From a virus (lineage: Duplodnaviria > Heunggongvirae > Uroviricota > Caudoviricetes), in IMG/VR virus record IMGVR_UViG_2711768033_000004: DNA of 22,162 nucleotides, one strand, 5' to 3'. Both the position numbers and the translations under genes were made by a program. The notes under the pieces were generated by a model that did not search any database, was not told the origin of the DNA, and saw nothing but the letters and a program-made list of their open reading frames with translations. Positions 9,069-16,549 of this stretch are shown in pieces. Numbering within the stretch: position 1 is the stretch's first letter; each line of letters opens with the position of its first letter.

Positions 9069-9256
9069 GGTGGAACAGGTGAAACATGTGTTACTGCTTT
9101 GTTTTGTAAAGCATTTATATGCACTGCACCGGTGGAACATCGCGGGTAACAAGGTGGAACAGCGGATTGGCTGGCGTTACATCTGTTCCACCTCACTATT
9201 TCAGAAGGTGGAACAGGTTCAGCCCTGTAAAATACGGTTGTTCCACCTGTTTCACC
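9069..9256. repeat. iteron cluster: about 8 copies of GGTG(G/A)AACA in both orientations (candidate replication origin, crr-like)
   Basis: Copies at 9069, 9078, 9131, 9153 and 9207 on the + strand, and inverted at 9184, 9239 and 9248, immediately downstream of the primase gene. P4 ori/crr carry comparable TGTTCACC-type iterons bound by the alpha protein. Confidence 0.65.
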
Positions 9257-9290
9257 TGTTACCCTTAATAAATAAGACTCACGCAAAGCC

Positions 9291-11963
9291 TTAACCCGGC
9301 ACCTTGCTGTTGAAGACATAGAGCCTGCGGGGATTCATCTCTGGCGGGCGAATGGTTGTCTGGAGTTTGCCATCAGTGGAGGGGAGCAGGTATCCACGAT
9401 CTGCGCACAGACGCGCCACCTTGCGCGGGTCAAATCCCCTGCAGATTTCTTTCCAGCCGGACGGCATGACATAGAACGTAGTGACAGCTTCCGTGCCCTG
9501 CGCGGTACTGCCTTTCTCCACCCTGCGCCAGCCCACCATATTGCCGGGGCGGTTGCGCTCGTCATACCAGTCTGCAAAGCGGCTGTACTGATTCGCGGTA
9601 AAGAAACTGCGAACCTGCTCCAGTGCGGCAATATCTTCCTGATTGGCGGTGTGCCCGCGATCTTTCAGCCATGCGTTCAGGCAGACGCGGGTTGCCCGCA
9701 GTGCTTCACCCTCAGGCCAGCCGGTGATACCCAGACGGGTTGCCAGTTCACCCGCCATCGCCACCAGTGCAAAGCGATTCACAGCCCGGCCCACCTGATT
9801 GCCTGCATCTTTCGGAGTCAGGGCGGCAGCATATTCCTTCATCAGCGATTTTGCCTGTGCCGTTAGTCCATTAAGATCAGCGGTCAGTACTTTCAGCCAC
9901 TCCCGGAACGGCGAACCGTAGTAGCAGGACGTGGCCCATTCAAGATGCTCTGCCAGAGCCTTGCCGCTGTCGAAGCCGTGCAGTTCCTCAAAAACGCCAA
10001 ATTTCCCGGAATCGCTGGGGATCTGGATCATCCTGACTTCCATCCCGGCAAAAGTACGCTCACCGGCCTTTGCCGCATGTTCGGTCAGAGACAACTCGCC
10101 AGTTGAAAAGAACAACAGGCGCCACTGCTTACGGGTACGCAGCTCACCGTCCGTACCGGCACGGCCCTTGCCCTGACCGTTTGCCAGCATGTAGGCGATA
10201 TTGCCTGCCTCGCGTCCGTCAACTTCCCGGATCTCATCAAGCATCATGGCGGCATCGTTGCGGCGGCTGGCGCATCCCTCCAGCGCGTTGCCGGTGGCCC
10301 GCCATGTCTGCCAGTAGTCAGGCCCGCCGCAGACGGAGGTTGCCGCTTTCATGGTGGTGGTCTTACCGTCTGTCGATTCCCCTTTGAGGTGGTAGCCGCC
10401 GCCGTCCATACCAACCAGCCGTAACAGTGGTGCAGCAAAGGCCAGGCTGACAGCAAATGCCACGCGGGAGTTGCCGGCACAGTAGCGGGATACGTTCTCC
10501 CGCCATTCCTCTGTTGTGCCCGACACGCGGAAATCACGCCCCTGCACGGAAGTGGTCTGGAGAATGACACCCTCTGCACCTTCACCGCTGACCTCATCCT
10601 GCAGGACGTAAACCTGACCATGCCAGCCAGTACGGCTGACGCAGGTCACGCGGCGTTCCGGTTTACACAGTGAGATATATTCCATCAGGCGTGCGCGTGC
10701 CTCGCCGGTGGTGCTGATATAAGACAGCCCGTTAACCAGCAGTACCCGGCGCAGTTCCTCACCACTGCCGCTCAGCATTTCCATCGGCATCGCCCAGCGG
10801 CGACGCTCACCCCACGTATCTTCCCATTCCAGCAGTCGTCCGAAGTTACCGCCATCGGCATCGCAGGTGATTGCCGTCACGCGCAGCGGGCTGCATATTT
10901 TGACGTTCTGGATCTCCGTCTCACCGTTGCGCTGTACCTGCTTTTCATACCAGAGATATTCCTGGGTAAGACGGAACCCGTGCGGCAGTTGCGTGCGGCC
11001 TTCCCCGCACAGTACCAGACCGTTGCGAAAGGCTTCACGGGCACGGGTAATACCGTGCTCCCGATGAAAGTCATTCCAGTCAGCCTTAATCTCTCCTGGT
11101 GGCAGCGTCATCCAGCCGCCAACAGCTTTTGCCGCCCGTTCAGCAAAGGCTCTGCCGGGATTCTCACCCCCGTCCTGAAAATCGTTATCACCGGCGATGA
11201 TAATTTTTACCTCAGGCCAGCGTGCCCGCAGCGACTGCGCCACATTGGGCAGGTTGCCCGCAGATATGGCAGCCACTACGCATCCGGCAGTGAGCTGGCT
11301 TACCGTCAGCGCCGTAGCGTAACCTTCGGTAATCACCACCTGTACCGGTGGTTCAGACGGTAACGGGATGAGCGACACAAACGCGCCTTTCATCGTGCTG
11401 CCGGGCAGTATGCTTTTTTCACCCGTCGGGGCGATAAGCTGTGCACCGGTTACGGCTCCGGTGTTGGTCGTGAGTGGTAACAGCAGGGAACCGGCAGGGA
11501 AATCCTTACCGCTGATATGCTGCACGCTTCCGGTCAGATAGGCCGGGTATCCGGCGAACCCTTTTTCTGTCAGATAGGCGCTTTCTCCCGTGTGGCTCTC
11601 TTTCATCAGCGCCGCCACGGTAAGACCCATGTCGCGTTTAGGGGCTTTTTGTCTGGCAGGCTTAACAGGCAGTTCCTGCACATCCGGCACATTAAGCACC
11701 TGCGCCACCTCCTGCGCAGCCTTTCTGACGCTGTAACCGGTTACGAGCTTAACCAGATCCAGACCATCACCATTGCCACACTGGCTGCAGATCCACGTCC
11801 CGCGCCCGTCAAGGTCATCAAGGCGAAAACGATCCTTGCCCCCACATTTCGGGCAGGGACCGTGCCTGCCGTTTTCAGGTACATCAATACGCAGCATCTG
11901 CAGAATAACGGGCCATTTCCCCCGTGCGGCGGCTGAAATCTGCGTAACCGTCTGTATTGTCAT
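9291..11963 (-). CDS. P4 alpha-like primase-helicase (890 aa): Zn-ribbon, TOPRIM, SF3-type P-loop
   Basis: N-terminal CPKCGG...CSQCGNGDG zinc ribbon; TOPRIM-like IIIAGDNDFQDGGE; Walker A GESTDGKTT. High G+C typical of the P4 backbone. Start overlaps the upstream gene (ATGA). Confidence 0.9.
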   Translation of the reverse strand: MTIQTVTQISAAARGKWPVILQMLRIDVPENGRHGPCPKCGGKDRFRLDDLDGRGTWICSQCGNGDGLDLVKLVTGYSVRKAAQEVAQVLNVPDVQELPVKPARQKAPKRDMGLTVAALMKESHTGESAYLTEKGFAGYPAYLTGSVQHISGKDFPAGSLLLPLTTNTGAVTGAQLIAPTGEKSILPGSTMKGAFVSLIPLPSEPPVQVVITEGYATALTVSQLTAGCVVAAISAGNLPNVAQSLRARWPEVKIIIAGDNDFQDGGENPGRAFAERAAKAVGGWMTLPPGEIKADWNDFHREHGITRAREAFRNGLVLCGEGRTQLPHGFRLTQEYLWYEKQVQRNGETEIQNVKICSPLRVTAITCDADGGNFGRLLEWEDTWGERRRWAMPMEMLSGSGEELRRVLLVNGLSYISTTGEARARLMEYISLCKPERRVTCVSRTGWHGQVYVLQDEVSGEGAEGVILQTTSVQGRDFRVSGTTEEWRENVSRYCAGNSRVAFAVSLAFAAPLLRLVGMDGGGYHLKGESTDGKTTTMKAATSVCGGPDYWQTWRATGNALEGCASRRNDAAMMLDEIREVDGREAGNIAYMLANGQGKGRAGTDGELRTRKQWRLLFFSTGELSLTEHAAKAGERTFAGMEVRMIQIPSDSGKFGVFEELHGFDSGKALAEHLEWATSCYYGSPFREWLKVLTADLNGLTAQAKSLMKEYAAALTPKDAGNQVGRAVNRFALVAMAGELATRLGITGWPEGEALRATRVCLNAWLKDRGHTANQEDIAALEQVRSFFTANQYSRFADWYDERNRPGNMVGWRRVEKGSTAQGTEAVTTFYVMPSGWKEICRGFDPRKVARLCADRGYLLPSTDGKLQTTIRPPEMNPRRLYVFNSKVPG

Positions 11964-12343
11964 ACTTCCCCCTCATACAACGTCACACCGGTACTGCAGA
12001 AGTCATCAAAGGCCGCCGGAAGCGTGCGGTACATCTCCGCCATCACTTCACAGCCGCGCGCGGTCAGTACCGGCGGTGCGGTCAGCAGTGACGGCTCCAG
12101 CATGTCAGTCAGCAGTGCCAGCGCGGCAGCGGCGCCCTGCACTTCGCCGTACTCGTTAATCAGTACGCACTCGATATGCAGCGCAATGGCCATTTCAATA
12201 CGCTCCACCGTCAGGCTGTGCGGACCATACTGATCACTGCCAGTTTCGTTCAGCATTTTCTGCCGCCATGCTGAAGCAATAGCTCGCCGGTAAAGCGCGG
12301 TGGTCATTTCTGCCGGGAAAATGGAAACCTGCGGCTGGTTCAT
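11960..12343 (-). CDS. hypothetical P4-like operon protein (127 aa)
   Basis: ORF in the primase operon with 4-nt overlaps to both neighbours. Confidence 0.55.
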   Translation of the reverse strand: MNQPQVSIFPAEMTTALYRRAIASAWRQKMLNETGSDQYGPHSLTVERIEMAIALHIECVLINEYGEVQGAAAALALLTDMLEPSLLTAPPVLTARGCEVMAEMYRTLPAAFDDFCSTGVTLYEGEV

Positions 12344-12624
12344 CTGGCACCTCCTTCAATCAGTGCGCAACTGTGTGCAATATCCGTCAAATCTGCCCGC
12401 AGGTACTCCATCAGCGCGGCGACACCATGCGCACAGCCAGCGTCCAGTGCTCCGGCCTGAGACGGGTATTCAGAAAAGAGAAGCTGGAGCATGTCGCAGG
12501 CATTTCTTGCGCGGGTCAGCTTTCCGAAACTGTCCTCTGACAACCCATAGGCAAAAGCACCGGTATTGTGTTTTTCAGGCAAAGTGTGGCCCTGAGCACC
12601 GTTGTGCCCGTTTGAAATATTCAT
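12340..12624 (-). CDS. hypothetical P4-like operon protein (94 aa)
   Basis: ORF in the operon; 4-nt overlap with the downstream gene. Confidence 0.55.
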   Translation of the reverse strand: MNISNGHNGAQGHTLPEKHNTGAFAYGLSEDSFGKLTRARNACDMLQLLFSEYPSQAGALDAGCAHGVAALMEYLRADLTDIAHSCALIEGGAR

Positions 12625-12655
12625 CGTGGATTACTCCGTTTTCAGCGGTATTTTG

Positions 12656-13015
12656 TCAGAGAAACTTTGAATAGTGACCGTCGTCAGGCTCAGCAGAACG
12701 CCATATGCTACGCTCCCGCCAGCGGATAAATAGCACAGACGGATGCAGTGTCAGCGGGCCGGAACCACTACCGCCTGCAGGAGCTGGTGCAGGCTTAAAG
12801 AGCGGTACATCAAACAGGCGCGTATACCGCTGTTCAAACCATGCCAGAGGGCAGGAAGAAAGCTGGTTGTCGCTGTCATGACGTATCAGCACTTCACAGC
12901 TGAATTCAGGATTAACCAGCGCCACAGAGGGCGAGGCTTCTATTAATCGGATAATCGTGACCGTCCAGCCACGTTCATGCTGCCAGCGTTCGCCGGGGTG
13001 CGGATAATTACGCAT
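12656..13015 (-). CDS. hypothetical protein (about 119 aa)
   Basis: ORF whose ATG at 13015 overlaps the stop of the upstream small gene (ATGCGTAA). The track's longer N-terminus (to 13045) is probably not used. Confidence 0.5.
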   Translation of the reverse strand: MRNYPHPGERWQHERGWTVTIIRLIEASPSVALVNPEFSCEVLIRHDSDNQLSSCPLAWFEQRYTRLFDVPLFKPAPAPAGGSGSGPLTLHPSVLFIRWRERSIWRSAEPDDGHYSKFL

Positions 13016-13185
13016 GTTCACCTCCGCAGGGAATGCGCCCGGCAAAGCTCAGTACATAGTCCGGGGCAAGTCTGCGCCGCGCTGACCGCTCGTTATCTGC
13101 GGTGATCCTTAACATCACAGGACGGGCATTGCGTTGACTGCGGTTGATCGCCGCAAATAACCAGGTACACTTCTGTTTAGCCATC
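13008..13185 (-). CDS. small protein (58 aa), possibly Icd-like; first gene of the primase operon
   Basis: Not in the ORF track because it is under 60 aa. Translation MAKQKCTWLFAAINRSQRNARPVMLRITADNERSARRRL... with AAGAGGT about 7 nt upstream of the ATG. The Icd-like call is from memory of a similar small family and is uncertain. Confidence 0.45.
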
Positions 13186-13275
13186 TTCGTTACCTCTTAT
13201 AACGGTTGGTTAAATGCCCGATTTGTGTTCCCGCACAATCGGGCATTGCTTTTACAAGCGAACTATACTTACAAT

Positions 13276-13319
13276 GGTAATTACCATGTAGTCATCATAT
13301 TCTAGGGTAATTACCATGT
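13276..13319. promoter_or_regulatory. two copies of GGTAATTACCATGT (perfect 10-bp palindrome GGTAATTACC plus ATGT), 30 bp apart; candidate operator pair
   Basis: Copies at 13276-13289 and 13306-13319. They sit in the divergent region between the primase operon and the RHH gene, and the second copy overlaps the RHH start codon. Confidence 0.5.
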
Positions 13320-13489
13320 CAACACCACAAGAGAAACGTTCTCCACCATTCCAAATGCGTCTTACCGACGATTTTAGGTTGCAACTCGAAAACGAAATGC
13401 GCAAAGATGGAGATAGCGCGTTGGCAACTTGGATTAAAAGAATTTTACGCAAAGAACTCCAATCACGCGGGATTGACCCTAAAGGCTAA
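13316..13489 (+). CDS. small ribbon-helix-helix (Arc/CopG-like) DNA-binding protein (57 aa)
   Basis: Not in the ORF track because it is under 60 aa. Translation MSTPQEKRSPPFQMRLTDDFRLQLENEMRKDGDSALATWIKRILRKELQSRGIDPKG has a strand-helix-helix pattern. Its start lies inside the operator repeat. Confidence 0.45.
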   Translation: MSTPQEKRSPPFQMRLTDDFRLQLENEMRKDGDSALATWIKRILRKELQSRGIDPKG

Positions 13490-13521
13490 TCAGTTAAATA
13501 TTACTAACTATCAATTAAGGC

Positions 13522-13812
13522 TTAGGGAGTAGGTGATAATCTATTCCCTTTATTAATTGCTCTTGCCTTATTTCTCATTCCCTCAAAATGTTGACCTGAG
13601 TTTTCTTCAAACCCATCTCGCCACTTATAATAATCAGCAGCGCGCCATCGTGACATCCGACCTATTTTTATAGGTTTTGGAAAGCGATTCAGAGAAATCA
13701 ATCGATAAATCCATTTATCACTTAATAAACAATCGGAAGTAATAAACTTCATATCGATCAGAGAATCCATTGAAGGTCGTTGCAAAGTAGTATTATCATG
13801 TTTAGATAACAT
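13522..13812 (-). CDS. AlpA-family phage transcriptional regulator / excisionase-like protein (96 aa)
   Basis: KWIYRLISLNRFPKPIKIGRMSRWRAADYYKWRD matches the AlpA pattern (...IYRLI...FPKPIKLG.R...W...EW). GGAG lies 8 nt before the ATG. Confidence 0.7.
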   Translation of the reverse strand: MLSKHDNTTLQRPSMDSLIDMKFITSDCLLSDKWIYRLISLNRFPKPIKIGRMSRWRAADYYKWRDGFEENSGQHFEGMRNKARAINKGNRLSPTP

Positions 13813-13937
13813 TCATCATTCTCCGTTTATCTAAGTCTATTGGCTTCAACACGGAAAATTAAAACATAGGTTATAAATGAGAAAAATGTGACTAATGAAA
13901 AAAATCCAAAATCATTAGCCACAATAATTGTTAATAT

Positions 13938-14762
13938 TTAGTTAAACTTAATGTTTTTCATGCAACTACGTAGCAAACTAACAACAGTATCATAGCTCAA
14001 AGGCGGTTCTCCGGTCTTAGGCCAGAACTCACTGGCATGTTGAAAAAGATAATCAGCTATCGCTGCTGGACTCTCTCTTCTTAGCCTCATATCACGATGA
14101 TAGAGCGAAATAATAGCCATGAGTATTTCAGCTCGAGGAACAGCATGTTTTTGTTTTTGCGCCTCAGATTGTGATTTATATTTATTGGCGTTTTTTATCC
14201 GCTTTTGTTCGCATAAGACTATATCAATGAATTTTTGAATCTGTACCTTTGTAATCCACAAAACCTCAAAAAGATAATAATTTTCTTTTTCATCATAATT
14301 TACATAAAGAATTACCTTACAATTTATATTAGGCGTACCCGCCAGTAGAAAATGAATAGGCCAGGAATCCGGTTGCCCCTCATGCTTAACTAACAGATCT
14401 TTATATTCATAATCAACAGCCCATAAACCGGATATGAAACATCGAATAAAACCATTTTTATCAATTAAATTATCTTCATCAGGGATTCTTATAGAACTTA
14501 AGTCTGACAACATAATATTGCCATTTCTATCTCGTGGTAAATATTTCAGATTAGATAAGAACTCATCCATTTGACCATCAATCTTCAAACCACATGAAAC
14601 ATCATACTCATCATCATGGAATTCCATGCATAGCTCTACATCTCGTTCTCTGGCAAACCAGAGTATATCCTTTTCACTACAACCAATTTTTTCTGAAGCT
14701 TCCTCCAACTGGTAGTAATCTCTGAGCAGAGAATCAGTATTATTAATTTTTAAAATATTCAT
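13938..14762 (-). CDS. hypothetical AT-rich protein (274 aa) with a possible N-terminal HTH, translationally coupled to the integrase
   Basis: Its ATG overlaps the integrase stop (ATGA). The N-terminal segment YQLEEASEKIGCSEKDILWFARE looks HTH-like. The rest has no recognisable motif. Confidence 0.7.
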   Translation of the reverse strand: MNILKINNTDSLLRDYYQLEEASEKIGCSEKDILWFARERDVELCMEFHDDEYDVSCGLKIDGQMDEFLSNLKYLPRDRNGNIMLSDLSSIRIPDEDNLIDKNGFIRCFISGLWAVDYEYKDLLVKHEGQPDSWPIHFLLAGTPNINCKVILYVNYDEKENYYLFEVLWITKVQIQKFIDIVLCEQKRIKNANKYKSQSEAQKQKHAVPRAEILMAIISLYHRDMRLRRESPAAIADYLFQHASEFWPKTGEPPLSYDTVVSLLRSCMKNIKFN

Positions 14763-15949
14763 TTATGAGTACCAATTAGCTCAGATAAATAATTAGCATA
14801 CCATTGCATCATTTCTCTTCTCCCTTCGAGATATTGGGCATGGTTATAAATTCCACGAATAGAGTTTTTGTCCGAATGAGCAAGCTGGGTTTCAATCCAA
14901 GCGCTGTTAAATCCTTTCTCATGTAGGATTGTACTCATCGTATGCCTGAAACCATGCCCCGTAACACGCCCTGCATATCCAATACGTTTAAACACCTGAT
15001 TAATGCTTGCTTCACTCATAAATTTGCTAGGATCGTTGCGTCCAGGGAACATCAGCGGGTAGTTCCCAGTTAGTTCTTTCAAACTTTTGAGATGGGATAA
15101 TGCTTGTTTTGACAACGGGACAATATGGCTCCTACGCATTTTCATACGTTCTTTTGGGATCTCCCACACCGCATTATCAAAATCCACCTCTCGCCACTCA
15201 CCTGCTCGTAGTTCTCCAGTTCGTAGACCTGTCAGGATAAGTAAATGCGCCCCCAACAATACAATTGGACTTCCTGAATAAGAATTAAGGGCATTAAAGA
15301 ACTCCGGTAGTTCGTTGGCTTTGAGGAATGGATAGTGGACTGCTTCATGTCCTTGCATCGCACTGGCAAGATCCGGTGCCGGATTGTAGATTGCCCTACC
15401 CGTTACGATGGCATAGCGAAAAACTTCACCGCATCGCTGACGGACTTTCTTCGCTTTCTCCATAGCGCCTCGAGTTTCTATCAACCTCAGAACTTCAAGC
15501 AGTTCAAGGGGCTGAATATCAGCTATAGGTCTGTGCCCAATATGCGGGAAAATGTCTTTCTCGAATGCCTCAATGATGTCGGAAGCATAGCCCTCAGACC
15601 ATTTGGGTGATTTCATTTTGTGCCACTCTAACGCCACTTCTCTGAATGGGTTAAGTGTCTCAATCGCTGCATTTAAAGCCTGCTTTTTGGCTTTTTTGAC
15701 TTCGCCGGGATCTTCACCTGCTGCGAGTAGTTTCTTCGCGTCTTCTCGTTTTTGTCTGGCATCAGCAAGTGTGACTGTTGGATAAACACCAAAGGACAAT
15801 CGTTTCTCTTTACCAGCAAAACGGTATTTCATACGCCAGTAACGCGAGCCATTAGGTTCGACCTGAAGGTATAGGCCACCTCCATCAAACAGCTTGTAGC
15901 TCTTCTCTTTTCCTTTCGCAGCTTCAACCTTGCGGGCATTCAGCATCAT
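14759..15949 (-). CDS. P4-type tyrosine integrase
   Basis: Begins MMLNARKVEAAKGKEKSYKLFDGGGLYLQV, typical of a P4-family integrase N-terminus, with the catalytic region ...HGFRHT... It lies about 165 bp from the tRNA 3' fragment. The track's longer ORF starts at a TTG (16018); I prefer ATG 15949. Confidence 0.9.
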   Translation of the reverse strand: MMLNARKVEAAKGKEKSYKLFDGGGLYLQVEPNGSRYWRMKYRFAGKEKRLSFGVYPTVTLADARQKREDAKKLLAAGEDPGEVKKAKKQALNAAIETLNPFREVALEWHKMKSPKWSEGYASDIIEAFEKDIFPHIGHRPIADIQPLELLEVLRLIETRGAMEKAKKVRQRCGEVFRYAIVTGRAIYNPAPDLASAMQGHEAVHYPFLKANELPEFFNALNSYSGSPIVLLGAHLLILTGLRTGELRAGEWREVDFDNAVWEIPKERMKMRRSHIVPLSKQALSHLKSLKELTGNYPLMFPGRNDPSKFMSEASINQVFKRIGYAGRVTGHGFRHTMSTILHEKGFNSAWIETQLAHSDKNSIRGIYNHAQYLEGRREMMQWYANYLSELIGTHK

Positions 15950-16113
15950 TGGGGGCACATTTCCTAGACCGAACAGAACATGCCCCTGATTGTGCCCCCA
16001 ACCGCGTGTTGATTTCAAGAGACAAGGGTTGACCTCAAACGTATGAAAACAACGTAATATATATGTTTTTAAATGATTTTGTTGATGTGGGTTGACTTGG
16101 GAAAACTAGGTGA

Positions 16114-16159
16114 TGGTGCCGATAATAGGAGTCGAACCTACGACCTTCGCATTACGAAT
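16114..16159 (-). repeat. partial tRNA-Thr(CGU) (thrW-like) 3' portion, 46 nt from the anticodon loop to CCA; att remnant, not a functional tRNA
   Basis: The reverse complement reads ATTCGTAATGCGAAGGTCGTAGGTTCGACTCCTATTATCGGCACCA: anticodon CGT, T-loop TTCGACT, acceptor 3' strand and CCA. The sequence 5' of this does not match a tRNA, so no cloverleaf can form. Confidence 0.8.
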
Positions 16160-16411
16160 TATAAGAATCCGCTTCTAATTCAAAGCATTACCCCATCAAC
16201 ACTGCGCTCACACGTCCCACCACATCAAAACATGTAAAGCCTTGCAAGCCATTGTGAGGCCTTATGTGTCTCAGTTTTGTCCCACCTTGTATTACGACTT
16301 GCATAGCCAATGAAGATCAACGTGACGACAAACGGCGCAGCAGTCTTCTTTTCCTTCATACTTTCCCTTCCCCTTCCCCACCATGCATACTTTTCTGCCA
16401 TAACTAAAGTG

Positions 16412-16441
16412 AATGCCTGTTATAAGCAATAAACAGGCATT
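16412..16441. other. perfect 10-bp inverted repeat (AATGCCTGTT / AACAGGCATT) with a 10-nt loop
   Basis: Read directly from the sequence. It lies about 110 bp downstream of the 1484-aa gene. No T-tract follows on either strand, so it is not a canonical intrinsic terminator. Confidence 0.4.
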
Positions 16442-16549
16442 AGCGCCGCTAGCATATTAGCTACCATTCGACTGCCACACTTAAGATTGATTTCTTAAGT
16501 ATAACCCGGTTTCTAATACCACTTATATATTCAGCTCTGAGATTCATTT

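Larger units (their letters stand above)
3451..16131 (-). mobile_element. P4-like phage satellite / integrative element inserted at a tRNA-Thr att site
   Basis: Bounded by 20-bp direct repeats. Contains a P4-type tyrosine integrase next to the tRNA 3' fragment, AlpA-like regulator, Zn-ribbon/TOPRIM/SF3 primase-helicase, iterons, Sid-like and Ogr/Delta-like genes, and a cos-like sequence. Confidence 0.6.

Noticed and set aside
8814-9319. Plus- and minus-strand ORFs (8814-9014, 8926-9294, 9044-9319) over the iteron region
   Set aside because: They span the iteron cluster or are antisense to the Sid-like gene, and their translations are dominated by the repeat sequence.
9335-12159. Multiple 60-140-aa ORFs on both strands (e.g. 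9335-9631, 10070-10387, 10980-11363, 11517-11936, 11773-12159)
   Set aside because: All lie inside the 890-aa primase-helicase gene, in GC-rich sequence where spurious ORFs are expected, with no independent support.
15087-15785. Plus-strand ORFs within the integrase gene
   Set aside because: They are antisense to the integrase, whose frame has clear family motifs.
16114-16200. Complete tRNA gene
   Set aside because: Only the 3' 46 nt match tRNA-Thr. The sequence 5' of the anticodon loop does not match and cannot form the D-arm or acceptor stem.
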